NCBI RefSeq assembly: GCF_009914755.1
Contig: NC_060929.1
Source: the human T2T-CHM13v2.0 reference genome, Homo sapiens
Length of the DNA: 64,000 bases
Reading direction: 5' to 3' (one strand)
The notes below the pieces were generated by a model that was not told the DNA's origin, searched no databases, and saw only the letters and a program-made list of their open reading frames with translations. Position numbers and translations under genes: made by a program. Within the stretch, counting starts at the first letter, position 1. The number at the start of each line of letters is the position of its first letter. This document shows positions 37,784 to 51,374 of the stretch, piece by piece.

Positions 37784-40700
37784 GAATTCCCAGTAACTTC
37801 CTTGTGTTGTGTACATTCAACTCACAGAGTTGAACGTTCCCTTAGACAGAGCAGATTTGAAACACTCTTTTTGTGCAATTGGCAAGTGGAGATTTCAAGC
37901 GCTTTGAGGTCAATGGCAGAAAAGGAAATATCTTCGTTTCAAAACTAGACAGAATCATTCCCACAAACTGCGTTGTGATGTGTTCGTTCAACTCACAGAG
38001 TTTAACCTTTCTTTTCATAGAGCAGTTAGGAAACAGTCTGTTTGAAAATTCTGTAAGGGGATATTCTGACATCTTGTGGCCTTCGTTGGAAACGGGATTT
38101 CTTCATATTCTGCTAGACAGAAGAATTCTCAGAATCTTCCTTGTGTTGTGTGTATTCAACTCACAGAGTTGAACGATAGTTTACACAGAGCAGATTTGAA
38201 ACACTCATTTGGTGGAATTTGCAAGTGGAGATTTCAGCCGCTTTGAGGTCAATGGTAGAAAAGGAAATATCTTCGTATAACAACTAGACAGAATGATTCT
38301 CAGAAACTTCTTTGTGATGTGTGTGTTCAACTCACAGAGTTTAACCTTTCTTTTCATAGAGCAGTTAGGAAACACTGTATTTTTAAACTCTGCAAGTGGA
38401 TATTCAGACCTCTTTGAGGCCTTCGTTGGAAACGGGTTTCTTCATACTGTGCTAGACAGAAGAATTCTCAGTAACTTCCTTGTGTTGTGTGTATTCAACT
38501 CACAGAGTTGAACGATCCTTTACACAGAGCAGACTTGAAACACTCTTTTTGTGGAATTTGCAAGTGGAGATTTCAGCCGCGTTGAGGTCAATGGTAGAAA
38601 AGGAAATATCTTCGTATAAAAACTAGACAGAATGATTCTCAGAAACTCCTTTGAGATGTGTGTGTTCAACTCACAGAGTTTAACCTTTCTTTTCATAGAG
38701 CAGTTAGGAATCACTCTGTTTGTAAAGTCTGCAAGTGGATATTCAGACCTCTTTGAGGCCTTCGTTGGAAACGGGTTTTTCTCATATAAGGCTAGACAGA
38801 AGAATTCCCAGTAACTTCCTTGTGTTGTGTGTGTTCAACTCACAGAGTTGAACTTTCATTTACACAGAGCAGATTTGAAACACTCTTTTTGTGGAATTTG
38901 CAAATGGAGATTTCAAGCGCTTTGAGGCCAAAGGCAGAAAAGGAAATATCTTCGTATAAAAACTAGACAGAATCATTCTCAGAAACTGCTCTGCGATGTG
39001 TGCGTTCAACTCTCAGAGTTTAACTTTGCTTTTCATTCAGCAGTTTGGAAACACTCTGTTTGTAAAGTCTGCACGTGGATAATTTGACCACTTAGAGGCC
39101 TTCGTTGGAAACGGGTTTTTTTTATGTAAGGCTAGACAGAAGAATTCTCAGTAACTTCCTTGTGTTGTGTGTATTCAACTCACAGAGTTGAACGATCCTT
39201 TACACAGAGCAGACTTGTAACACTCTTTTTGTGGAATTTGCAAGTGGAGATTTCAAGCGCTTTGAGGCCAAAGGTAGAAAAGGAAATATCTTCCTATAAA
39301 AACTACACAGAATGATTCTCAGAAACTCCTTTGTGATGTGTGCGTTCAACTCACAGAGTTTAACCTTTCTTTTCATAGAGGAGTTAGGAAACACTCTGTT
39401 TGTAAAGTCTGCAAGTGGATATTCAGCCCTCTTTGAGGCCTTCGTTGGAAACGGGTTTTTTTCATATAAGGCTAGACAGAAGAATTCCCAGTAACTTCCT
39501 TGTGTTGTGTGTGTTCAACTCACAGAGTTGAACTTTCATTTACACAGAGCAGATTTGAAACACTCTTTTTGTGGAATTTGCAATTGGAGATTTCAAGCGC
39601 TTTGAGGCCAAAGGCAGAAAAGGAAATATCTTCGTATAAAAACTAGACAGAATCATTCTCAGAAACTGCTCTGTGATGTGTGCGTTCAACTCTCAGAGTT
39701 TAACTTTTCTTTTCATTCAGCAGTTTGGAAACACTCTGTTTGTAAAGTCTGCACGTGGATAATTTGACCACTTAGAGGCCTTCGTTGGAAACGGGTTTTT
39801 TTCATGTAAGGCTAGACAGAAGAGTTCTCAGTAACTTCCTTGTGTTGTGTGTATTCAACTCACAGAGTTGAACGATCCTTTACACAGAGCAGACTTGTAA
39901 CACTCTTTTTGTGGAATTTGCAAGTGGAGATTTCAGCCGCTTTGAAGTCAAAGTAGAAAAGGAAATATCTTCCTATAAAAACTAGACAGAATGATTCTCA
40001 GAAACTCCTTTGTGATGTGTGCGTTCAACTCACAGAGTTTAACCTTTCTTTTCATAGAGCAGTTAGGAAACACTCTGTTTGTAAAGTCTGCAAGTGGATA
40101 TTCAGACCTCTTTGAGGCCTTCGTTGGAAACGGGTTTTTTTCATATAAGGCTAGACAGAAGAATTCCCAGTAACTTCCTTGTGTTGTGTGTGTTCAACTC
40201 ACAGAGTTGAACTTTCATTTACACAGAGCAGATTTGAAACACTCTTTTTGTGGAATTTGCAGGTGGAGATTTCAAGCGCTTTGAGGCCAAAGGCAGAAAA
40301 GGAAATATCTTCGTATAAAAACTAGACAGAATCATTCTCAGAAACTGCTCTGCGATGTGTGCGTTCAACTCTCAGAGTTTAACTTTTCTTTTCATTCAGC
40401 AGTTTGGAAACACTCTGTTTGTAAAGTCTGCACGTGGATAATTTGACCACTTAGAGGCCTTCGTTGGAAACGGGTTTTTTTCATGTAAGGCTAGACAGAA
40501 GAATTCTCAGTAACTTCCTTGTGTTGTGTGTATTCAACTCACAGAGTTGAACGATCCTTTACACAGAGCAGACTTGTAACACTCTTTTTGTGGAATTTGC
40601 AAGTGGAGATTTCAGCCGCTTTGAAGTCAAAGGTAGAAAAGGAAATATCTTCCTATAAAAACTAGACAGAATGATTCTCAGAAACTCCTTTGTGATGTGT

Positions 40701-41180
40701 GCGTTCAACTCACAGAGTTTAACCTTTCTTTTCATAGAGCAGTTAGGAAACACTCTGCTTGTAAAGTCTGCAAGTGGATATTCAGACCTCTTTGAGGCCT
40801 TCGTTGGAAACGGGTTTTTTTCATATAAGGCTAGACAGAAGAATTCCCAGTAACTTCCTTGTGTTGTGTGTGTTCAACTCACAGAGTTGAACTTTCATTT
40901 ACACAGAGCAGATTTGAAACACTCTTTTTGTGGAATTTGCAAGTGGAGATTTCAAGCGCTTTGAGGCCAAAGGCAGAAAAGGAAATATCTTCGTATAAAA
41001 ACTAGACAGAATCATTCTCAGAAACTGCTCTGCGATGTGTGCGTTCAACTCTCAGAGTTTAACTTTTCTTTTCATTCAGCAGTTTGGAAACACTCTGTTT
41101 GTAAAGTCTGCACGTGGATATTTTGACCACTTAGAGGCCTTCGTTGGAAACGGGTTTTTTTCCTGTAAGGCTAGACAGAA
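37784..41180 (+). repeat. HOR unit 13, 20-mer with A'B' head, 3397 bp
   Basis: A-marker spacing. Confidence 0.9.
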
Positions 41181-43898
41181 GAATTCCCAGTAACTTCCTT
41201 GTGTTGTGTACATTCAACTCACAGAGTTGAACGTTCCCTTAGACAGAGCAGATTTGAAACACTCTTTTTGTGCAATTGGCAAGTGGAGATTTCAAGCGCT
41301 TTAAGGTCAATGGCAGAAAAGGAAATATCTTCGTTTCAAAACTAGGCAGAATCATTCCCACAAACTGCGTTGTGATGTGTTCGTTCATCTCACAGAGTTT
41401 AACCTTTCTTTTCGTAGAGCAGTTAGGAAACACTCTGTTTGTAAATTCTGTAAGTGGATATTCTGACATCTTGTGGCCTTCGTTGGAAACGGGATTTCTT
41501 CATATTCTGCTAGACAGAAGAATTCTCAGAATCTTCCTTGTGTTGTGTGTATTCAACTCACAGAGTTGAACGATGGTTTACACAGAGCAGATTTGAAACA
41601 CTCTTTTTGTGGAATTTGCAAGTGGAGATTTCAGCCGCTTTGAGGTCAATGGTAGAAAAGGAAATATCTTCGTATAAAAACTAGACAGAATGATTCTCAG
41701 AAACTTCTTTGTGATGTGTGCGTTCAACTCACAGAGTTTAACCTTTCTTTTCATAGAGCAGTTAGGAAACACTCTGTTTGTAAACTCTGCAAGTGGATAT
41801 TCAGACCTCTTCGAGGCCTTCGTTGGAAACGGGATTTCTTCATACTGTGCTAGACAGAAGAATTCTCAGTAACTTCCTTGTGTTGTGTGTATTCAACTCA
41901 CAGAGTTGAACGATCCTTTACACAGAGCAGACTTGGAACACTCTTTTTGTGGAATTTGCAAGTGGAGATTTCAGCCGCTTTGAAGTCAAAGGTAGAAAAG
42001 GAAATATCTTCCTATAAAAACTAGACAGAATGATTCTCAGAAACTCCTTTGTGATGTGTGCGTTCAACTCACAGAGTTTAACCTTTCTTTTCATAGAGGA
42101 GTTAGGAAACACTCTGTTTGTAAAGTCTGCAAGTGGATATTCAGACCTCTTTGAGGCCTTCGTTGGAAACGGGTTTTTTTCATATAAGGCTAGACAGAAG
42201 AATTCCCAGTAACTTCCTTGTGTTGTGTGTGTTCAACTCACAGAGTTGAACTTTCATTTACACAGAGCAGATTTGAAACACTCTTTTTGTGGAATTTGCA
42301 AGTGGAGATTTCAAGCGCTTTGAGGCCAAAGGCAGAAAAGGAAATATCTTCGTATAAAAACTAGACAGAATCATTCTCAGAAACTGCTCTGTGATGTGTG
42401 CGTTCAACTCTCAGAGTTTAACTTTTCTTTTCATTCAGCAGTTTGGAAACACTCTGTTTGTAAAGTCTGCACGTGGATAATTTGACCACTTAGAGGCCTT
42501 CGTTGGAAACGGGTTTTTTTCATGTAAGGCTAGACAGAAGAGTTCTCAGTAACTTCCTTGTGTTGTGTGTATTCAACTCACAGAGTTGAACGATCCTTTA
42601 CACAGAGCAGACTTGTAACACTCTTTTTGTGGAATTTGCAAGTGGAGATTTCAGCCGCTTTGAAGTCAAAGTAGAAAAGGAAATATCTTCCTATAAAAAC
42701 TAGACAGAATGATTCTCAGAAACTCCTTTGTGATGTGTGCGTTCAACTCACAGAGTTTAACCTTTCTTTTCATAGAGCAGTTAGGAAACACTCTGTTTGT
42801 AAAGTCTGCAAGTGGATATTCAGACCTCTTTGAGGCCTTCGTTGGAAACGGGTTTTTTTCATATAAGGCTAGACAGAAGAATTCCCAGTAACTTCCTTGT
42901 GTTGTGTGTGTTCAACTCACAGAGTTGAACTTTCATTTACACAGAGCAGATTTGAAACACTCTTTTTGTGGAATTTGCAGGTGGAGATTTCAAGCGCTTT
43001 GAGGCCAAAGGCAGAAAAGGAAATATCTTCGTATAAAAACTAGACAGAATCATTCTCAGAAACTGCTCTGCGATGTGTGCGTTCAACTCTCAGAGTTTAA
43101 CTTTTCTTTTCATTCAGCAGTTTGGAAACACTCTGTTTGTAAAGTCTGCACGTGGATAATTTGACCACTTAGAGGCCTTCGTTGGAAACGGGTTTTTTTC
43201 ATGTAAGGCTAGACAGAAGAATTCTCAGTAACTTCCTTGTGTTGTGTGTATTCAACTCACAGAGTTGAACGATCCTTTACACAGAGCAGACTTGTAACAC
43301 TCTTTTTGTGGAATTTGCAAGTGGAGATTTCAGCCGCTTTGAAGTCAAAGGTAGAAAAGGAAATATCTTCCTATAAAAACTAGACAGAATGATTCTCAGA
43401 AACTCCTTTGTGATGTGTGCGTTCAACTCACAGAGTTTAACCTTTCTTTTCATAGAGCAGTTAGGAAACACTCTGCTTGTAAAGTCTGCAAGTGGATATT
43501 CAGCCCTCTTTGAGGCCTTCGTTGGAAACGGGTTTTTTTCATATAAGGCTAGACAGAAGAATTCCCAGTAACTTCCTTGTGTTGTGTGTGTTCAACTCAC
43601 AGAGTTGAACTTTGATTTACACAGAGCAGATTTGAAACACTCTTTTTGTGGAATTTGCAAGTGGAGATTTCAAGCGCTTTGAGGCCAAAGGCAGAAAAGG
43701 AAATATCTTCGTATAAAAACTAGACAGAATCATTCTCAGAAACTGCTCTGCGATGTGTGCGTTCAACTCTCAGAGTTTAACTTTTCTTTTCATTCAGCAG
43801 TTTGGAAACACTCTGTTTGTAAAGTCTGCACGTGGATATTTTGACCACTTAGAGGCCTTCGTTGGAAACGGGTTTTTTTCCTGTAAGGCTAGAGAGAA
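41181..43898 (+). repeat. HOR unit 14, 16-mer, 2718 bp
   Basis: A-marker spacing. Confidence 0.9.
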
Positions 43899-46618
43899 GA
43901 ATTCCCAGTAACTTCCTTGTGTTGTGTACATTCAACTCACAGAGTTGAACGTTCCCTTAGACAGAGCAGATTTGAAACACTCTTTTTGTGCAATTGGCAA
44001 GTGGAGATTTCAAGCGCTTTAAGGTCAATGGCAGAAAAGGAAATATCTTCGTTTCAAAACTAGGCAGAATCATTCCCACAAACTGCGTTGTGATGTGTTC
44101 GTTCATCTCACAGAGTTTAACCTTTCTTTTCATAGAGCAGTTAGGAAACACTCTGTTTGTAAATTCTGTAAGTGGATATTCTGACATCTTGTGGCCTTCG
44201 TTGGAAACGGGATTTCTTCATATTCTGCTAGACAGAAGAATTCTCAGAATCTTCCTTGTGTTGTGTGTATTCAACTCACAGAGTTGAACGATGGTTTACA
44301 CAGAGCAGATTTGAAACACTCTTTTTGTGGAATTTGCAAGTGGAGATTTCAGCCGCTTTGAGGTCAATGGTAGAAAAGGAAATATCTTCGTATAAAAACT
44401 AGACAGAATGATTCTCAGAAACTTCTTTGTGATGTGTGCGTTCAACTCACAGAGTTTAACCTTTCTTTTCATAGAGCAGTTAGGAAACACTCTGTTTGTA
44501 AACTCTGCAAGTGGATATTCAGACCTCTTCGAGGCCTTCGTTGGAAACGGGATTTCTTCATACTGTGCTAGACAGAAGAATTCTCAGTAACTTCCTTGTG
44601 TTGTGTGTATTCAACTCACAGAGTTGAACGATCCTTTACACAGAGCAGACTTGGAACACTCTTTTTGTGGAATTTGCAAGTGGAGATTTCAGCCGCGTTG
44701 AGGTCAATGGTAGAAAAGGAAATATCTTCCTATAAAAACTAGACAGAATGATTCTCAGAAACTCCTTTGTGATGTGTGCGTTCAACTCACAGAGTTTAAC
44801 CTTTCTTTTCATAGAGCAGTTAGGAAACACTCTGTTTGTAAAGTCTGCAAGTGGATATTCAGACCTCTTTGAGGCCTTCGTTGGAAACGGGTTTTTTTCA
44901 TATAACGCTAGACAGAAGAATTCCCAGTAACTTCCTTGTGTTGTGTGTGTTCAACTCACAGAGTTGAACTTTCATTTACACAGAGCAGATTTGAAACACT
45001 CTTTTTGTGGAATTTGCAAGTGGAGATTTCAAGCGCTTTGAGGCCAAAGGCAGAAAAGGAAATATCTTCGTATAAAAAGCTAGACAGAATCATTCTCAGA
45101 AACTGCTCTGTGATGTGTGCGTTCAACTCTCAGAGTTTAACTTTTCTTTTCATTCAGCAGTTTGGAAACACTCTGTTTGTAAAGTCTGCACGTGGATAAT
45201 TTGACCACTTAGAGGCCTTCGTTGGAAACGGGTTTTTTTCATGTAAGGCTAGACAGAAGAGTTCTCAGTAACTTCCTTGTGTTGTGTGTATTCAACTCAC
45301 ACAGTTGAACGATCCTTTACAGAGAGCAGACTTGTAACACTCTTTTTGTGGAATTTGCAAGTGGAGATTTCAGCCGCTTTGAAGTCAAAGGTAGAAAAGG
45401 AAATATCTTCGTATAAAAACTAGACAGAATGATTCTGAGAAACTCCTTTGTGATGTGTGCGTTCAACTCACAGAGTTTAACCTTTCTTTTCATAGAGCAG
45501 TTAGGAAACACTCTGTTTGTAAAGTCTGCAAGTGGATATTCAGACCTCTTTGAGGCCTTCGTTGGAAACGGGTTTTTTTCATATAAGGCGAGACAGAAGA
45601 ATTCCCAGTAACTTCCTTGTGTTGTGTGTGTTCAACTCACAGAGTTGAACTTTCATTTACACAGAGCAGATTTGAAACACTCTTTTTGTGGAATTTGCAG
45701 GTGGAGATTTCAAGCGCTTTGAGGCCAAAGGCAGAAAAGGAAATATCTTCGTATAAAAACTAGACAGAATCATTCTCAGAAACTGCTCTGCGATGTGTGC
45801 GTTCAACTCTCAGAGTTTAACTTTTCTTTTCATTCAGCAGTTTGGAAACACTCTGTTTGTAAAGTCTGCACGTGGATAATTTGACCACTTAGAGGCCTTC
45901 GTTGGAAACGGGTTTTTTTCATGTAAGGCTAGACAGAAGAATTCTCAGTAACTTCCTTGTGTTGTGTGTATTCAACTCACAGAGTTGAACGATCCTTTAC
46001 ACAGAGCAGACTTGTAACACTCTTTTTGTGGAATTTGCAAGTGGAGATTTCAGCCGCTTTGAAGTCAAAGGTAGAAAAGGAAATATATTCCTATAAAAAC
46101 TAGACAGAATGATTCTCAGAAACTCCTTTGTGATGTGTGCGTTCAACTCACAGAGTTTAACCTTTCTTTTCATAGAGCAGTTAGGAAACACTCTGCTTGT
46201 AAAGTCTGCAAGTGGATATTCAGCCCTCTTTGAGGCCTTCGTTGGAAACGGGTTTTTTTCATATAAGGCTAGACAGAAGAATTCCCAGTAACTTCCTTGT
46301 GTTGTGTGTGTTCAACTCACAAAGTTGAACTTTGATTTACACAGAGCAGATTTGAAACACTCTTTTTGTGGAATTTGCAAGTGGAGATTTCAAGCGCTTT
46401 GAGGCCAAAGGCAGAAAAGGAAATATCTTCGTATAAAAACTAGACAGAATCATTCTCAGAAACTGCTCTGCGATGTGTGCGTTCAACTCTCAGAGTTTAA
46501 CTTTTCTTTTCATTCAGCAGTTTGGAAACACTCTGTTTGTAAAGTCTGCACGTGGATATTTTGACCACTTAGAGGCCTTCGTTGGAAACGGGTTTTTTTC
46601 CTGTAAGGCTAGACAGAA
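43899..46618 (+). repeat. HOR unit 15, 16-mer with a 1 bp insertion, 2720 bp
   Basis: A-marker spacing; TATAAAAAGCTAG at about 45079. Confidence 0.9.
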
Positions 46619-48656
46619 GAATTCCCAGTAACTTCCTTGTGTTGTGTACATTCAACTCACAGAGTTGAACGTTCCCTTAGACAGAGCAGATTTGAAACAC
46701 TCTTTTTGTGCAATTGGCAAGTGGAGATTTCAAGCGCTTTAAGGTCAATGGCAGAAAAGGAAATATCTTCGTTTCAAAACTAGACAGAATCATTCCCACA
46801 AACTGCGCTGTGATGTGTTCGTTCATCTCACAGAGTTTAACCTTTCTTTTCATAGAGCAGTTAGGAAACACTCTGTTTGTAAATTCTGTAAGTGGATATT
46901 CTGACATCTTGTGGCCTTCGTTGGAAACGGGATTTCTTCATATTCTGCTAGACAGAAGAATTCTCAGAATCTTCCTTGTGTTGTGTGTATTCAACTCACA
47001 CAGTTGAACGATGGTTTACACAGAGCAGATTTGAAACACTCTTTTTGTGGAATTTGCAAGTGGAGATTTCAGCCGCTTTGAGGTCAATGGTAGAAAAGGA
47101 AATATCTTCGTATAAAAACTAGACAGAATGATTCTCAGAAACTTCTTTGTGATGTGTGCGTTCAACTCACAGAGTTTAACCTTTCTTTTCATAGAGCAGT
47201 TAGGAAACACTCTGTTTGTAAACTCTGCAAGTGGATATTCAGACCTCTTTGAGGCCTTCGTTGGAAACGGGATTTCTTCATACTGTGCTAGACAGAAGAA
47301 TTCTCAGTAACTTCCTTGTGTTGTGTGTATTCAACTCACAGAGTTGAACGATCCTTTACACAGAGCAGACTTGAAACACTCTTTTTGTGGAATTTGCAAG
47401 TGGAGATTTCAGCCGCGTTGAGGTCAATGGTAGAAAAGGAAATATCTTCGTATAAAAACTAGACAGAATGATTCTCAGAAACTCCTTTGAGATGTGTGTG
47501 TTCAACTCACAGAGTTTAACCTTTCTTTTCATAGAGCAGTTAGGAATCACTCTGTTTGTAAAGTCTGCAAGTGGATATTCAGACCTCTTTGAGGCCTTCG
47601 TTGGAAACGGGTTTTTTTCATATAAGGCTAGACAGAAGAATTCCCAGTAACTTCCTTGTGTTGTGTGTGTTCAACTCACAGAGTTGAACTTTCATTTACA
47701 CAGAGCAGATTTGAAACACTCTTTTTGTGGAATTTGCAAATGGAGATTTCAAGCGCTTTGAGGCCAAAGGCAGAAAAGGAAGTATCTTCGTATAAAAACT
47801 AGACAGAATCATTCTCAGAAACTGCTCTGCGATGTGTGCGTTCAACTCTCAGAGTTTAACTTTGCTTTTCATTCAGCAGTTTGGAAACACTCTGTTTGTA
47901 AAGTCTGCACGTGGATAATTTGACCACTTAGAGGCCTTCGTTGGAAACGGGTTTTTTTCATGTAAGGCTAGACAGAAGAATTCTCAGTAACTTCCTTGTG
48001 TTGTGTGTATTCAACTCACAGAGTTGAACGATCCTTTACACAGAGCAGACTTGTAACACTCTTTTTGTGGAATTTGCAAGTGGAGATTTCAGCCGCTTTG
48101 AAGTCAAAGTAGAAAAGGAAATTTCTTCCTATAAAAACTAGACAGAATGATTCTCAGAAACTCCTTTGTGATGTGTGCGTTCAACTCACAGAGTTTAACC
48201 TTTCTTTTCATAGAGCAGTTAGGAAACACTCTGTTTGTAAAGTCTGCAAGTGGATATTCAGACCTCTTTGAGGCCTTCGTTGGAAACGGGTTTTTTTCAT
48301 ATAAGGCTAGACAGAAGAATTCCCAGTAACTTCCTTGTGTTGTGTGTGTTCAACTCACAGAGTTGAACTTTCATTTACACAGAGCAGATTTGAAACACTC
48401 TTTTTGTGGAATTTGCAGGTGGAGATTTCAAGCGCTTTGAGGCCAAAGGCAGAAAAGGAAATATCTTCGTATAAAAACTAGACAGAATCATTCTCAGAAA
48501 CTGCTCTGCGATGTGTGCGTTCAACTCTCAGAGTTTAACTTTTCTTTTCATTCAGCAGTTTGGAAACACTCTGTTTGTAAAGTCTGCACGTGGATATTTT
48601 GACCACTTAGAGGCCTTCGTTGGAGACGGGTTTTTTTCCTGTAAGGCTAGACAGAA
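46619..48656 (+). repeat. HOR unit 16, 12-mer, 2038 bp
   Basis: A-marker spacing. Confidence 0.9.
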
Positions 48657-51374
48657 GAATTCCCAGTAACTTCCTTGTGTTGTGTACATTCAACTCACAG
48701 AGTTGAACGTTCCCTTAGACAGAGCAGATTTGAAACACACTTTTTGTGCAATTGGCAAGTGGAGATTTCAAGCGCTTTAAGGTCAATGGCAGAAAAGCAA
48801 ATATCTTCGTTTCAAAACTAGACAGAATCATTCCCACAAACTGCGTTGTGATGTGTTCGTTCATCTCACAGAGTTTAACCTTTCTTTTCATAGAGCAGTT
48901 AGGAAACACTCTGTTTGTAAATTCTGTAAGTGGATATTCTGACATCTTGTGGCCTTCGTTGGAAACGGGATTTCTTCATATTCTGCTAGACAGAAGAATT
49001 CTCAGAATCTTCCTTGTGTTGTGTGTATTCAACTCACACAGTTGAACGATGGTTTACACAGAGCAGATTTGAAACACTCTTTTTGTGGAATTTGCAAGTG
49101 GAGATTTCAGCCGCTTTGAGGTCAATGGTAGAAAAGGAAATATCTTCGTATAAAAACTAGACAGAATGATTCTCAGAAACTTCTTTGTGATGTGTGCGTT
49201 CAACTCACAGAGTTTAACCTTTCTTTTCATAGAGCAGTTAGGAAACACTCTGTTTGTAAACTCTGCAAGTGGATATTCAGACCTCTTTGAGGCCTTCGTT
49301 GGAAACGGGATTTCTTCATACTGTGCTAGACAGAAGAATTCTCAGTAACTTCCTTGTGTTGTGTGTATTCAACTCACAGAGTTGAACGATCCTTTACACA
49401 GAGCAGACTTGAAACACTCTTTTTGTGGAATTTGCAAGTGGAGATTTCAGCCGCGTTGAGGTCAATGGTAGAAAAGGAAATATCTTCGTATAAAAACTAG
49501 ACAGAATGATTCTCAGAAACTCCTTTGAGATGTGTGTGTTCAACTCACAGAGTTTAACCTTTCTTTTCATAGAGCAGTTAGGAATCACTCTGTTTGTAAA
49601 GTCTGCAAGTGGATATTCAGCCCTCTTTGAGGCCTTCGTTGGAAACGGGTTTTTTTCATATAAGGCTAGACAGAAGAATTCCCAGTAACTTCCTTGTGTT
49701 GTGTGTGTTCAACTCACAGAGTTGAACTTTCATTTACACAGAGCAGATTTGAAACACTCTTTTTGTGGAATTTGCAATTGGAGATTTCAAGCGCTTTGAG
49801 GCCAAAGGCAGAAAAGGAAATATCTTCGTATAAAAACTAGACAGAATCATTCTCAGAAACTGCTCTGTGATGTGTGCGTTCAACTCTCAGAGTTTAACTT
49901 TTCTTTTCATTCAGCAGTTTGGAAACACTCTGTTTGTAAAGTCTGCACGTGGATAATTTGACCACTTAGAGGCCTTCGTTGGAAACGGGTTTTTTTCATG
50001 TAAGGCTAGACAGAAGAGTTCTCAGTAACTTCCTTGTGTTGTGTGTATTCAACTCACACAGTTGAACGATCCTTTACAGAGAGCAGACTTGTAACACTCT
50101 TTTTGTGGAATTTGCAAGTGGAGATTTCAGCCGCTTTGAAGTCAAAGTAGAAAAGGAAATATCTGCCTATAAAAACTAGACAGAATGATTCTCAGAAACT
50201 CCTTTGTGATGTGTGCGTTCAACTCACAGAGTTTAACCTTTCTTTTCATAGAGCAGTTAGGAAACACTCTGTTTGTAAAGTCTGCAAGTGGATATTCAGA
50301 CCTCTTTGAGGCCTTCGTTGGAAACGGGTTTTTTTCATATAAGGCTAGACAGAAGAATTCCCAGTAACTTCCTTGTGTTGTGTGTGTTCAACTCACAGAG
50401 TTGAACTTTCATTTACACAGAGCAGATTTGAAACACTCTTTTTGTGGAATTTGCAGGTGGAGATTTCAAGCGCTTTGAGGCCAAAGGCAGAAAAGGAAAT
50501 ATCTTCGTATAAAAACTAGACAGAATCATTCTCAGAAACTGCTCTGCGATGTGTGCGTTCAACTCTCAGAGTTTAACTTTTCTTTTCATTCAGCAGTTTG
50601 GAAACACTCTGTTTGTAAAGTCTTCACGTGGATAATTTGACCACTTAGAGGCCTTCGTTGGAAACGGGTTTTTTTCATGTAAGGCTAGACAGAAGAATTC
50701 TCAGTAACTTCCTTGTGTTGTGTGTATTCAACTCACAGAGTTGAACGATCCTTTACACAGAGCAGACTTGTAACACTCTTTTTGTGGAATTTGCAAGTGG
50801 AGATTTCAGCCGCTTTGAAGTCAAAGGTAGAAAAGGAAATATCTTCCTATAAAAACTAGACAGAATGATTCTCAGAAACTCCTTTGTGATGTGTGCGTTC
50901 AACTCACAGAGTTTAACCTTTCTTTTCATAGAGCAGTTAGGAAACACTCTGCTTGTAAAGTCTGTAAGTGGATATTCAGCCCTCTTTGAGGCCTTCGTTG
51001 GAAACGGGTTTTTTTCATATAAGGCTAGACAGAAGAATTCCCAGTAACTTCCTTGTGTTGTGTGTGTTCAACTCACAGAGTTGAACTTTGATTTACACAG
51101 AGCAGATTTGAAACACTCTTTTTGTGGAATTTGCAAGTGGAGATTTCAAGCGCTTTGAGGCCAAAGGCAGAAAAGGAAATATCTTCGTATAAAAACTAGA
51201 CAGAATCATTCTCAGAAACTGCTCTGCGATGTGTGCGTTCAACTCTCAGAGTTTAACTTTTCTTTTCATTCAGCAGTTTGGAAACACTCTGTTTGTAAAG
51301 TCTGCACGTGGATATTTTGACCACTTAGAGGCCTTCGTTGGAAACGGGTTTTTTTCCTGTAAGGCTAGACAGAA
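48657..51374 (+). repeat. HOR unit 17, 16-mer, 2718 bp
   Basis: A-marker spacing. Confidence 0.9.

Noticed and set aside
44936-45199. Unique 87 aa ORF
   Set aside because: It results from the single G insertion at about 45079 joining two frames of a D dimer.
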